From: Vulcanimicrobiota bacterium
GTDB lineage: Bacteria > Vulcanimicrobiota > Xenobia > Xenobiales > JADMJV01
DNA: 64,000 bases
NCBI GenBank assembly: GCA_050250895.1
Contig: JBFWNU010000002.1
Span: 192,001-256,000, forward strand
Direction of reading: 5' to 3'
Below, in pieces: positions 20,478 through 29,446 of this stretch. Each line of letters starts with the position of its first letter. Positions within the stretch are counted from its first letter, which is position 1. The notes beneath the pieces are model-generated. The model had not been told where the DNA came from. It did no database searches and saw only the letters and a list, made by a program, of their open reading frames with translations. Made by a program: the position numbers and the translations under genes.

Positions 20478-22687
20478 GCCTGGCCCCGTCCGAGCAGGGC
20501 GGCCAATTCCTTATACTGCATCCACCATTGGTTGCGGGGGCGATGATGGTCGCGCTCGATGAGGCGGGGGAAATCCTCCATCTCCAAAAAGCCCTCGCGG
20601 CCCAGGAAGAAGGCGCCCGTCCCGCCGCTACTCAGCTCGTGGTGTAGCTGCTCGACGCAGTGGACGGCAAAGCGCACGGCCAGCAGCCGATCGAAAGGGG
20701 TCGGGTCGCCCCCCTGTTGCAGATGCCCTAAGATGGCCTGACGCACGTCGAACAGGTCGCCTCCCTCTTCTTCGAAGAGCGCGCAGATAAAATCTGTGTC
20801 GTAAAGGGGATGAGCCTTTTCGTTGCGGATCACCAGCCCCAGCCGGCGGCCCAGGCGAAAGCCGTCGGAGAGGCGCGAGAGGTCCCCCAGCAGATCCGAG
20901 ATAGAAATGCTGGTTTCGTTGAGATAGACCTGTTCGGCCCCCGTGGCCAGGCCGCTGGTCAGGGCCAGGTAGCCACAGTCGTGGCCCATCACGTCGACCA
21001 CAAAGCAGCGATTGGTGGCTACCGCCGATTGCTTGATGCGGTCCACCGCCCATACGATCGAGTTCAGCGCCGTGTCGGCCCCGACACTGAGTTCGCAGCC
21101 TGGCAGGTTGTTGTCGATGGTGGCCGGCATGCATACCATGGGAATGTTGAACGCCGGAAACTGGCTGCGCTCGCTATAGATTCGAAAGACGCTCTCGTAG
21201 CCGGCCCATCCCCCGATCATCAGAATGGCGTCGATGCTGTGGTTCTCGATACTACGGGCCAGGTGGTAGAACTCGCCGGGCAAGACCGTGACCGGATGGG
21301 TTCCCAACTCGGCCCCGCCCAGGTGAGACCAGCCGGTGACGCTCATCCAATCCAGTTCTTTCAGATGGCCATCGCCCAGGCCGCGAAATCCCTGAGTGAC
21401 GCCCAGTGGAGTGTGGCCTCGATCGAGCAGCAGGCGCACGCTCGCCCGCACCGCCATGTTCATGCCGGGAGCCGGACCGCCGCAATGCAAGATGGCCACC
21501 CGCTTCGAGCCCCGCTCCTGGCGCGGACGGGCCTGCACCAGTGTGCTCCAGGTGCGGTGCAAGCGCGCAAACGACCCACCGCGCAGCTTCATGGCTCGCT
21601 GGTAGTCGCCTTGCTCGACGGCCAGGGCTACCTCCTGGCAACGCTCGACGCACTCAGGCAGGGGCAGTTTCTTGGGGCGATTGGCCACCAGGCCGACGAA
21701 CCAGGCGCCCCCCCTGGATTCTTCCGCCAGCGCCTCGCGGGCAGCCGCCTGGCCCAGAAAGGTCCCGAGGTTGCGGTCAAACGCACTGGGAGCCCCACCG
21801 CGCTGGACGTGCCCCAGAATCGTGACCCGGGCATCTTCGCCCAATTCCTCGACCATGGCCTGGCGCACGTCTTCGGCGGTGATGCGGTTGCCCTGGCGGT
21901 CGCAGGCGCCCTCGCTGAGAATGACGATGCTGGCTCGGCGGCCGACTTCCCGACCGGCCTGCAGGCGTTGGGCCATCTCCCTTTTCCAGGTGGCACCGTC
22001 AGGAGCGTCCTCGGGGATCAAGATCCACTCCGCCCCGCAGGCGAGCCCCGAGGTCAGGGCCAGATAGCCGCAGTTGCGGCCCATCACCTCGATGACAAAG
22101 GCGCGCCGGTGGCTCGAGGCGGTGCTATAGACCGCGTCCACGGCCGCCACGATGCGATGGAGGGCGGTGTCCGTGCCGATGGTCACATCGGTGCCAGCGA
22201 AGTCGTTGTCGATGGACCCGGGCAGTCCGACGACGGTGAGATTGGGCAAAGCTTCGGCCTCTTCGTTTGTGACCGTGCCCGATTCTATCAGGCGGGCTTT
22301 GAGCTGACCCCATTCCTTGCGCAGTACGTTGGCCCCCGTCAGGCTGCCGTCGCCGCCCACTACGATGAGGCGGTCGATGCCCCGCTCGACCAGGTTGCGA
22401 GCCGCCTTGAGGCGGCCCTCGGGCGTGCGAAAGTCGGCGCAGCGGGCGCTGCCCAGATGGGTTCCCCCCAACTGCAAGATGCCCGACACCGAACCCCAGT
22501 CGAGAGGCTCGATGGATCGACCACCATCCACCAGACCCTGAAAGCCTTCATGCACCCCGTAGACCCGGGCTCCGTCGAACAGGGCAGTGCGCACCGCCGC
22601 TCTGACCGCAGCGTTCATCCCCGGGGCATCACCACCACTGGTGAGGATGGCTAATTTCACGTTAGCATTGCTCATGGGCGGGGCCAT
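20474..22687 (-). CDS. pfkA: 6-phosphofructokinase, tandem-duplicated eukaryote-type
   Basis: N-half: GGDAPGMN, GGDGS, GSIDND, VMGR, LGHVQRGG. C-half: GGPAPGMN, GGWAG, PATIDNN, LGHLQQGG. Confidence 0.93.
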   Translation of the reverse strand: MAPPMSNANVKLAILTSGGDAPGMNAAVRAAVRTALFDGARVYGVHEGFQGLVDGGRSIEPLDWGSVSGILQLGGTHLGSARCADFRTPEGRLKAARNLVERGIDRLIVVGGDGSLTGANVLRKEWGQLKARLIESGTVTNEEAEALPNLTVVGLPGSIDNDFAGTDVTIGTDTALHRIVAAVDAVYSTASSHRRAFVIEVMGRNCGYLALTSGLACGAEWILIPEDAPDGATWKREMAQRLQAGREVGRRASIVILSEGACDRQGNRITAEDVRQAMVEELGEDARVTILGHVQRGGAPSAFDRNLGTFLGQAAAREALAEESRGGAWFVGLVANRPKKLPLPECVERCQEVALAVEQGDYQRAMKLRGGSFARLHRTWSTLVQARPRQERGSKRVAILHCGGPAPGMNMAVRASVRLLLDRGHTPLGVTQGFRGLGDGHLKELDWMSVTGWSHLGGAELGTHPVTVLPGEFYHLARSIENHSIDAILMIGGWAGYESVFRIYSERSQFPAFNIPMVCMPATIDNNLPGCELSVGADTALNSIVWAVDRIKQSAVATNRCFVVDVMGHDCGYLALTSGLATGAEQVYLNETSISISDLLGDLSRLSDGFRLGRRLGLVIRNEKAHPLYDTDFICALFEEEGGDLFDVRQAILGHLQQGGDPTPFDRLLAVRFAVHCVEQLHHELSSGGTGAFFLGREGFLEMEDFPRLIERDHHRPRNQWWMQYKELAALLGRGQA

Positions 22688-22715
22688 TTCGCTCCCGCCC
22701 CCCCGCCTGCCTCTA

Positions 22716-23843
22716 CTACAGGCTCTTGATCACGTTCATCATGGGGGTCATGGTGGAAATCACCAGCACCCCCACCACTCCGCCCATAAACAGCATCACC
22801 ATCGGTTCGAGCAACGAAGTGAAAATCTCCAGGGTATTCTCGAGTTCGAACTCGTAAATGTCGGCCATGCGGGTCAGCATGTCGGCTAGCGCCCCGGATT
22901 CTTCGCCCGCTTTGACCATGTGCAGGACCATCGGCGGAAAGAACCCGCAGGCGGCCAGCGATTCTTCCAGATGAGAGCCGTCTCGCAGAGCCCCAACCGA
23001 GGTCTCGATCAGCTCCTCCAAGACGGCGTTGTCAGAGGCTTTGGCGGCCAGGCTCAGAGCCACCAGAGGAGCGATGCCGACCCCGAGTTGCACGGCCAGC
23101 GCTCGCGAAAAGCGCGCCACCGCCACCGTTCTCAAGGTCTCTCCCAGCAGGGGCAGCTTGAGTAGCAGATGATGGACATGATAGCGCACCTCTTCGCGCT
23201 GCCACAGTTTGGGCAGCCCGATCGAGAGACCCACCAGGGCCAGCACACCGAAGAGATAGAACCAGCCGCTGCGCAGCACCGAGCAGACCACCATCACGCA
23301 GCGAGTCAGCAGAGGCAGTTCCTGGCCCAGACCGCTCACCATCTGGAAGATGCCTTCCATGAGATAGGGTGGGATGAGGATGAGCATGAGAAAAGCCACT
23401 GCGAAGGTGAAGGCTGGATAGGTGATGGCGCTCTTGACCTTCATGACCATGGCCCGATGGCGTTCCTCGTAGAGGCTCAGCTGCAGCAGGGTATCATCCA
23501 TCGTGCCCGCCGATTCGGCGATGTGGATCAGACGGAGCTGCAGACCGGTGAAGGCTCCCTCGCATTGGCTCATGGCGTTAGAGAGATAATGCCCACTGCG
23601 AACCTTGGTGGCCACGAAATCGCAAACCTGGGCCATCTGAGGATCTTCAATCTGTTCGGACAACAACATCAAGGACCGCTCGACAGGAACACCGGACCGA
23701 AACATCACGGCCAACGAGCGGAAAAATACGACGCGAGCCTCGGACGATGGCCGAAATCGGCGGCCGGGTGCGACGCCCTGTGTGTTGCTTACTTTCTGCA
23801 GTCGTCCTCCATAGGTGCGGACGGACGGGGTTCCGGCGGACAT
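22716..23843 (-). CDS. Type II secretion/type IV pilus platform protein (PilC/GspF family)
   Basis: Two T2SSF repeats (AESAG; AGEESGAL); YPAF; LLEPMVML. Confidence 0.9.
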   Translation of the reverse strand: MSAGTPSVRTYGGRLQKVSNTQGVAPGRRFRPSSEARVVFFRSLAVMFRSGVPVERSLMLLSEQIEDPQMAQVCDFVATKVRSGHYLSNAMSQCEGAFTGLQLRLIHIAESAGTMDDTLLQLSLYEERHRAMVMKVKSAITYPAFTFAVAFLMLILIPPYLMEGIFQMVSGLGQELPLLTRCVMVVCSVLRSGWFYLFGVLALVGLSIGLPKLWQREEVRYHVHHLLLKLPLLGETLRTVAVARFSRALAVQLGVGIAPLVALSLAAKASDNAVLEELIETSVGALRDGSHLEESLAACGFFPPMVLHMVKAGEESGALADMLTRMADIYEFELENTLEIFTSLLEPMVMLFMGGVVGVLVISTMTPMMNVIKSL

Positions 23844-23965
23844 AGCACTCCCATCCCACCAGCTCGGTCCGTCGGAACTGAATTTCTCTCAGTTTCTCGA
23901 GGAACCTGCGTGGCGGGGCCACGTCCCAGAACTAAAGTATAGCATACCCCCACGCAGCCGACCAA

Positions 23966-24391
23966 TTAGCCAAAGACTTCGGGGTGCTTCACCAGTTGGG
24001 TCAGGGACATGCCGGTGGCGGCGCGCAGAATCTCTAGCGGCAGGGTGCCCGGGATGCCGGGGGCAAACTCGGCTCCATAGGTCTTGCGCAGGGTGTCGAT
24101 GCTGGTGTCGCCGCGTTTGGCCCGGATGCGACCGTCTTGATTGCGGTGGCGTCCGTTGAGGCCAGGCTTGTGGGTAACCTCGGGCTCGGCCTTGACCATC
24201 TGCGAGAGCGACATGCCGCGCAGGTGGCGCAAAGTCTCTAGATGAGTGTCGCTGCGGCGGTCGGAAATCTCGCCATAGCGGTCCTCGAGCGTGGCCAGAT
24301 GGGTGTCGCCGCGTTTCTGGCGAAGACGGCCATCGGAATGGTTGCGGGCACGTTCGCCGCGCATGCTCGGATCATTGGATAGGATACGCAT
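23966..24391 (-). CDS. Small basic protein with two ~65-aa internal repeats
   Basis: RARNHSDGRLRQKRGDTHLATL..YG and RHRNQDGRIRAKRGDTSIDTL..YG; AGGAG RBS. Confidence 0.75.
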   Translation of the reverse strand: MRILSNDPSMRGERARNHSDGRLRQKRGDTHLATLEDRYGEISDRRSDTHLETLRHLRGMSLSQMVKAEPEVTHKPGLNGRHRNQDGRIRAKRGDTSIDTLRKTYGAEFAPGIPGTLPLEILRAATGMSLTQLVKHPEVFG

Positions 24392-24461
24392 CGTTGCTGT
24401 AGACTCCTGAGTTTTGTGTGTGTCCGCGGTTAACATGCCATTCGCTATCGAAAGAATACTG

Positions 24462-24489
24462 AAAAAAAAGAGACCGCCGAAGCGGTCTC
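24462..24489 (-). terminator. Rho-independent terminator
   Basis: GAGACCGC-TTCG-GCGGTCTC followed by T8 on the minus strand. Confidence 0.88.
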
Positions 24490-24910
24490 AGACCATGGAA
24501 TTGAAGAACAGGTAGATCATGCCGATGACCACGAGCGCGTAGAGCGTCGCGACCAGGATGTCGGTCGGACTCCATTTGGGAGCCCCGGGCCTCACCGGAA
24601 ACTCGCCAGGACTGTTCTTTACCGCACCGGCGCAGGGGTGACCGAACACCACCATCGCCAGCCCTACCGGCAACAACAAAGCCAGAGCGGGAATCTTGAA
24701 CATCATCGGTCCGGCCAGCCCCCAGAAGATCAGGCAGTAGCCCAGAATCAAGCACTGGCGAATCGCCTTCTGGAGGTTCTCTACGGCCCAGGCGTTGCCC
24801 CGGGCTACGCCAGAGCCGATCAGGAACAGGCCGAACTCAGGTCCAAAAGAGGCACCGATTTTGGCGCCGCTGTGCCAGACGATCAGCACTGTGGTGGGCA
24901 GAGCCACCAT
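24488..24910 (-). CDS. Hypothetical membrane protein
   Basis: Multiple hydrophobic segments; ends at the terminator; start uncertain. Confidence 0.55.
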   Translation of the reverse strand: MVALPTTVLIVWHSGAKIGASFGPEFGLFLIGSGVARGNAWAVENLQKAIRQCLILGYCLIFWGLAGPMMFKIPALALLLPVGLAMVVFGHPCAGAVKNSPGEFPVRPGAPKWSPTDILVATLYALVVIGMIYLFFNSMV

Positions 24911-25088
24911 GAAAAATAGGCCGACTGTTCTTAGATAGAGTGAACAACGCTGAGTCCAAAACGTTCTCCCATTGGCGGGTCCTCGCTTTCTGCAATACCT
25001 GAAATTATACTATAGTGCATGTTTTTGCGCAATATCATTTCTCGCAGACATGGGGCTTGGCCTTGCCTGACCGAGTTCGTCAAGCCGA

Positions 25089-26318
25089 CTAGCCAAGGCG
25101 AGCCCGAGCCGCGCGGGCGTGGCCCCGCAGGCCCTCGAGTTCGGCGAAGCTGGCGGTGTCGGCGGCCAGCAGGGTAGGGGAGTCGATGGTCTGCATCCAG
25201 CCCTGGGGCCGAAGGAACGTGAGGGGAGACAGTCCGCCGGAGAAGCGGGCCGTGCCCCCGGTCGGCAAAGTGTGGTTGGGTCCGGCCAGGTAGTCGCCGA
25301 AAGGCACGGTGGCCTGGTAGCCGAGAAACAGCCCGCCATAGTGCCGCAGCTGCGTCCGGAATTCTGACGGGTCGGCCACCGCCAACTGAAGATGCTCGGG
25401 CGCGATGCGGTTGACGACCTCCAGACAGGTCGAACGCTGCTCGAAGACCAGCAGCGCGCTCAGGGCCAGCGAGCTCGCCAGAAAGGGAGGGTAGTCGCCC
25501 GAGCCCAGGGCCGCGTCGATGGCAGCTTTGACTTTGATGGCCAGAGCCTCGTCCCAGGTCACCAGGGCCACTCGCGAGTTGGGGTCGTGCTCGGCCTGGG
25601 CTAAAAGATCGAGGGCCACCCACTCAGGATTGGCTCCCTCGTCGGCCAGAATGACCACCTCGCTGGGCCCGGCCAGCATATCGATGCCGATCACCCCCTG
25701 CAGTTGGCGCTTGGCCTCCGTCACATAGGCGTTGCCGGGCCCGACCACCATGTCGACCCGCTCGATGGTCTCGGTGCCAAAGGCCACCGCCGCCACCGCC
25801 TGAGCCCCGCCCATCAGATAGACGCGTTCGGCACCCACCAGATGGGCCGCATAGAGCACCGCCGGGTGGGGCGAGGGACAGACGAGGGCGATGTGAGGCA
25901 CCCCGGCGGCCCGGGCCGCCAGGCCCGTCATCAGGGCTGTCGAGGGCAGGGGATGGCGCCCGCCCGGCACATAGCACGCCACCCGCTCTACCGGGCGAAA
26001 GTCCATGCCGGCGATCACCTCGTGATCCTCGACCCGCACCGAACCGAGAGCTGCCATGACCGCCTGGTTGTAGGTCCGCAGCCGTCCGGCGGCGCGTTCG
26101 AGCAGGGCCCGAACATCGGTCTCGAGTTCGACCTCGGTGGACACGACCCGGGGGGCTGGATCGCCCAGGGCAGAAGCGATCGAAGCGACAGCCTGGTCGC
26201 CGCCGGTGCGCACCCGCTCGAGGATGGCGCTCACTTGCTCGCTCACCGTCGAGTCGTCGCGCAGGTGAAGGCGTCCTACCCACTCGTGGGCGGCCGCCTC
26301 GGTCAGAATCGGGATCAC
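25089..26318 (-). CDS. hisD: Histidinol dehydrogenase
   Basis: YVPGG, GPGNAYV, AGPSE, QAEH, APEHL, GPNHTLPT; GTGA overlap. Confidence 0.95.
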   Translation of the reverse strand: MIPILTEAAAHEWVGRLHLRDDSTVSEQVSAILERVRTGGDQAVASIASALGDPAPRVVSTEVELETDVRALLERAAGRLRTYNQAVMAALGSVRVEDHEVIAGMDFRPVERVACYVPGGRHPLPSTALMTGLAARAAGVPHIALVCPSPHPAVLYAAHLVGAERVYLMGGAQAVAAVAFGTETIERVDMVVGPGNAYVTEAKRQLQGVIGIDMLAGPSEVVILADEGANPEWVALDLLAQAEHDPNSRVALVTWDEALAIKVKAAIDAALGSGDYPPFLASSLALSALLVFEQRSTCLEVVNRIAPEHLQLAVADPSEFRTQLRHYGGLFLGYQATVPFGDYLAGPNHTLPTGGTARFSGGLSPLTFLRPQGWMQTIDSPTLLAADTASFAELEGLRGHARAARARLG

Positions 26319-27535
26319 TTGTGACGACCTCCTAACTCGGCCTCGATCTCGCCCCACTCGATGCCCTCGTCCACAGCCAGAGCGCTCAAGAAAAAGATGG
26401 CGTCGGCCAGTTCCCAGACCAGTTCGCGGCGATCGGCATAGGTGATCACTTCGAAAGCCTCTTCCATGATTTTGCGCTGGAGCAGACGGCGATCGGCGAA
26501 CAGGCTGGCGGAGTACGAACCTTCGGGGCTGGTCTTCTTGCGCTCTTTGAGAATCTCGAAGAGCCGCGGCAGCGAGAAGCTAGACGAGCCGAAGCAGCTG
26601 TAAGAACCGGTATGACAGGCCGGGCCGGTCTGCTCGACGGTGAACAACAAAGTGTCGCGATCGCAGTCGGTCCGGCAGCTGATCAGGCGCTGGGTGTAGC
26701 CCGAAGTGAGGCCCTTCTCCCACAGTTCGTTGCGCGAGCGGCTGAAGTAGATGCCTTTACCTTCGTTCAGGGCCCGCTGCAGCGACTCTGGGGTAGAGTA
26801 GGCCAGCATCAAGACTTGCTTTCCGTCGCTGACCACGGTGGGCATCTGGGGGCACTTCTCCCAGTCCAGGCAGTCGCTCACTACCGCCGCCGGCACCAGG
26901 GCCCCGGTGTAAAGCGCCATGCCCACCTGCACGTCGTGGCCCAGGCGCGACACGCCCACCACATCTTCGGCCGAACGCACTCCGCCGGCGAAGGTGACCG
27001 GGCGGGGCAGTTCGCGGCCCAGCCGCTCGACTTCGGCCAGGTTGATGCCCTGCATGCCTCCCTCGTCTTCCACGAAGGTACACAGGAAGGCTCCGCAATG
27101 GGGAGCCAGCCGGTTGGCCCGGGTTAGCAGGTCTTCGCCGGTGGAGGCGGTCCAACCGTGGTCGACCACCTGGCCCCCCACGTGGTCGATGGCCACCGAT
27201 ACCCGCTCGGCCGGCAGCTTGGCCAGAAACTCGGGGGTGGCGGCCGTGCCGATGATCAACTGGCGGGCCCCGGCTCGCAGCAGGCGCTTGGCCCGGTCAA
27301 GATCACGAATGCCGCCACCGACGCGAACGTCGGCCACCCGGCAAAGTTCGCACAACAACTCGAGATTGTCGCCCTGGCCAAGAGCCGCATCGAGATCGAT
27401 GACGGCCACTTCGCCATAGCGGTTGAACTCGCGGGCCAGCTCCAACGGTGGAGTAGGGCTGGTCAGCACGTGTTCCTTGCCCTGGCGCAGCTGCACGGCT
27501 GCCCCGTTCATGATGTCGATACTGCAAACTAACAT
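26315..27535 (-). CDS. Fusion of HisA-like (beta/alpha)8 isomerase with HisI and HisE
   Basis: N-term [26 protein letters not shown]; HisI SRSR..LWEKG, DCDRD, CHTG..SCF; HisE KIMEEA, ELAD. Confidence 0.9.
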   Translation of the reverse strand: MLVCSIDIMNGAAVQLRQGKEHVLTSPTPPLELAREFNRYGEVAVIDLDAALGQGDNLELLCELCRVADVRVGGGIRDLDRAKRLLRAGARQLIIGTAATPEFLAKLPAERVSVAIDHVGGQVVDHGWTASTGEDLLTRANRLAPHCGAFLCTFVEDEGGMQGINLAEVERLGRELPRPVTFAGGVRSAEDVVGVSRLGHDVQVGMALYTGALVPAAVVSDCLDWEKCPQMPTVVSDGKQVLMLAYSTPESLQRALNEGKGIYFSRSRNELWEKGLTSGYTQRLISCRTDCDRDTLLFTVEQTGPACHTGSYSCFGSSSFSLPRLFEILKERKKTSPEGSYSASLFADRRLLQRKIMEEAFEVITYADRRELVWELADAIFFLSALAVDEGIEWGEIEAELGGRHK

Positions 27536-28293
27536 GGATACCTCAAGGCGATCTGGGGGTCTTGTTCGAGAATGGCTTGCTTGAGGGCGGCCACCGTCCA
27601 CTCTCCGTCGTGAAAAATGCTGGCCGCCAGGGCCGCGTCGGCCCGGCCCTCACCGAAAGCCTCCACGAAACACTCCACCCCGCCGGCTCCTCCCGAGGCG
27701 ATGACGGGGATGGAAAGCTGAGAGAAAGCCCGGGTCAGAGCCAGGTCGAAACCGCTGCGGGTTCCGTCTTGATCCCACGAGGTCAAGAGCACCTCGCCGG
27801 CCCCCAGACTGGCCGCCCGGGCTCCCCACTCCAGGGCGTCGATTTCGGTGGTCTTGCGTCCGCCGTGGGTGACCACTCGCCAACTGTCGCCCTGGCGGCG
27901 GGCGTCGATGGCCACCACGCAACACTGCGAACCGCACTCCTGGGCGATCTCTGCCACCAGTTCGGGCCGCTCGACGGCAGCCGTGTTGACGGTCACCTTG
28001 TCGGCCCCCCGGCGCAACAGCCGCTTGACCTGCTCGAGGCTCGCCACGCCGCCCCCCACCGAGAACGGGATCATCAGCTCGTGAGCTACCTTCTCGACCA
28101 CCTCGAGCATGGTGGTGCGGCCTTCGTGGGTGGCCGAGATGTCGAGAAACATCAGCTCGTCGGCCCCCTGCTCTTGATAGACCCGACCCAGTTCGACCGG
28201 GTCGCCGATGTCGCGCAGATTCTGGAACTTGATCCCCTTGACGGTGCGGCCGTCGGCCACGTCAAGGCAAGGAATGATGCGTCGGCACAACAT
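27529..28293 (-). CDS. hisF: Imidazole glycerol phosphate synthase cyclase subunit
   Basis: [32 protein letters not shown]. Confidence 0.97.
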   Translation of the reverse strand: MLCRRIIPCLDVADGRTVKGIKFQNLRDIGDPVELGRVYQEQGADELMFLDISATHEGRTTMLEVVEKVAHELMIPFSVGGGVASLEQVKRLLRRGADKVTVNTAAVERPELVAEIAQECGSQCCVVAIDARRQGDSWRVVTHGGRKTTEIDALEWGARAASLGAGEVLLTSWDQDGTRSGFDLALTRAFSQLSIPVIASGGAGGVECFVEAFGEGRADAALAASIFHDGEWTVAALKQAILEQDPQIALRYPC

Positions 28294-28866
28294 CTAGATG
28301 GCCTCCTCGGCCCAGCGCAGCAAGAGCTGATGGCCGAATTCGCCGCTTTTTTCGGGATGAAACTGAAAGGCGCACAGGTTGTCACGCTGGACGGCGGCAC
28401 AGAAGCGACCTTCGTAGTCGGCTTCATAGAGCACGTCCTCGCCGCGGGTGGGAACGGCGTAATAACTGTTGACGAAATAGACGAACCCCTCCGGCCAGCC
28501 CTGGGGCGAGGTAACTTTGTTCCAGCCGATCTGGGGCACCTTGCGGGCCTGGAATTTGACCACCTGGCCGGGCACGAGACCCAGGCCGGGGACGCCCTGC
28601 GACTCCTGGCTCGCGTCCAGCAGAATCTGAAGTCCCACGCAGATGCCGAGAAAAGGAACGCCGTCGGCCACGACCGCTTTCACCCGGGCGTCAAGACCCC
28701 CCTGAGCCAACCCCCTGGCCACCGCTCCGAAGGCGCCCACGCCGGGCAAGACCAGCGGCACCTCGCCGCTGGGGGTGTCGGTCAGGCGATAGGCAAGCTC
28801 GAGACGCTGCAGGCAACGCTGCAGACTGCCCAGATTGCCCCCGCCATAGTCGACCACTTCAAGCAT
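28294..28866 (-). CDS. hisH: Imidazole glycerol phosphate synthase glutaminase subunit
   Basis: DYGGGN, LPGVG, GICVG, QFHPEKS. Confidence 0.95.
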   Translation of the reverse strand: MLEVVDYGGGNLGSLQRCLQRLELAYRLTDTPSGEVPLVLPGVGAFGAVARGLAQGGLDARVKAVVADGVPFLGICVGLQILLDASQESQGVPGLGLVPGQVVKFQARKVPQIGWNKVTSPQGWPEGFVYFVNSYYAVPTRGEDVLYEADYEGRFCAAVQRDNLCAFQFHPEKSGEFGHQLLLRWAEEAI

Positions 28867-29446
28867 CGATCATCCCTTTGGTGCTCAGGGTCTGGCCGCC
28901 TTCGAGGGGAGTCACGGCCCGACGCAGGGCCCGGCCGAACCCCTTCATGGCCGACTCGATCAGGTGATGGTCATTGTCGAAGGCCACCGGATGCACGTGA
29001 ATGGCCGCCCGGGCCGAGTCGGCCAGACCTTTGAAGAACTCGCGAAACAGGTTGGGATCGAGATTGCCCAGCGGAAAGGGCCCGAACTCGAGTTGCCACA
29101 CCAGCGTGCCCCGACCGCACAGGTCGAGAGCCACATTGGTCAGGGTTCCGTCCATGGCAAAACTAAAGCAGCCGGCCCGCTCGATGCCGCGATAACCCTC
29201 GCCCAGCGCCTGGGCCACGGCCTGGCCCAGCACGATGCCGGTGTCCTCCACCAGGTGGTGAGGGTCGACCTCGATATCGCCCCTGGCCCGCACCCACAGA
29301 CCGAAGCGGCCGTGACAGGCGAAGGCCTCGAGCATGTGGTCAAAGAAGGGCAGACCGGTGGCGATGTCGACCTCGCCGCCATCGAGATTTAGCTTCAGCT
29401 CGATCTGGGTCTCCCGGGTTTCACGTTTGACGCTGGCTTCACGCAT
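28859..29446 (-). CDS. hisB: Imidazoleglycerol-phosphate dehydratase (monofunctional)
   Basis: RETRET, FFDHML, DPHHLVED, NDHH, STKG. Confidence 0.95.
   Translation of the reverse strand: MREASVKRETRETQIELKLNLDGGEVDIATGLPFFDHMLEAFACHGRFGLWVRARGDIEVDPHHLVEDTGIVLGQAVAQALGEGYRGIERAGCFSFAMDGTLTNVALDLCGRGTLVWQLEFGPFPLGNLDPNLFREFFKGLADSARAAIHVHPVAFDNDHHLIESAMKGFGRALRRAVTPLEGGQTLSTKGMIDA

Noticed and set aside
20810-29034. Long antisense ORFs (20810-22654, 27562-29034 and similar)
   Set aside because: High-GC shadow frames opposite well-supported genes, with no motifs.
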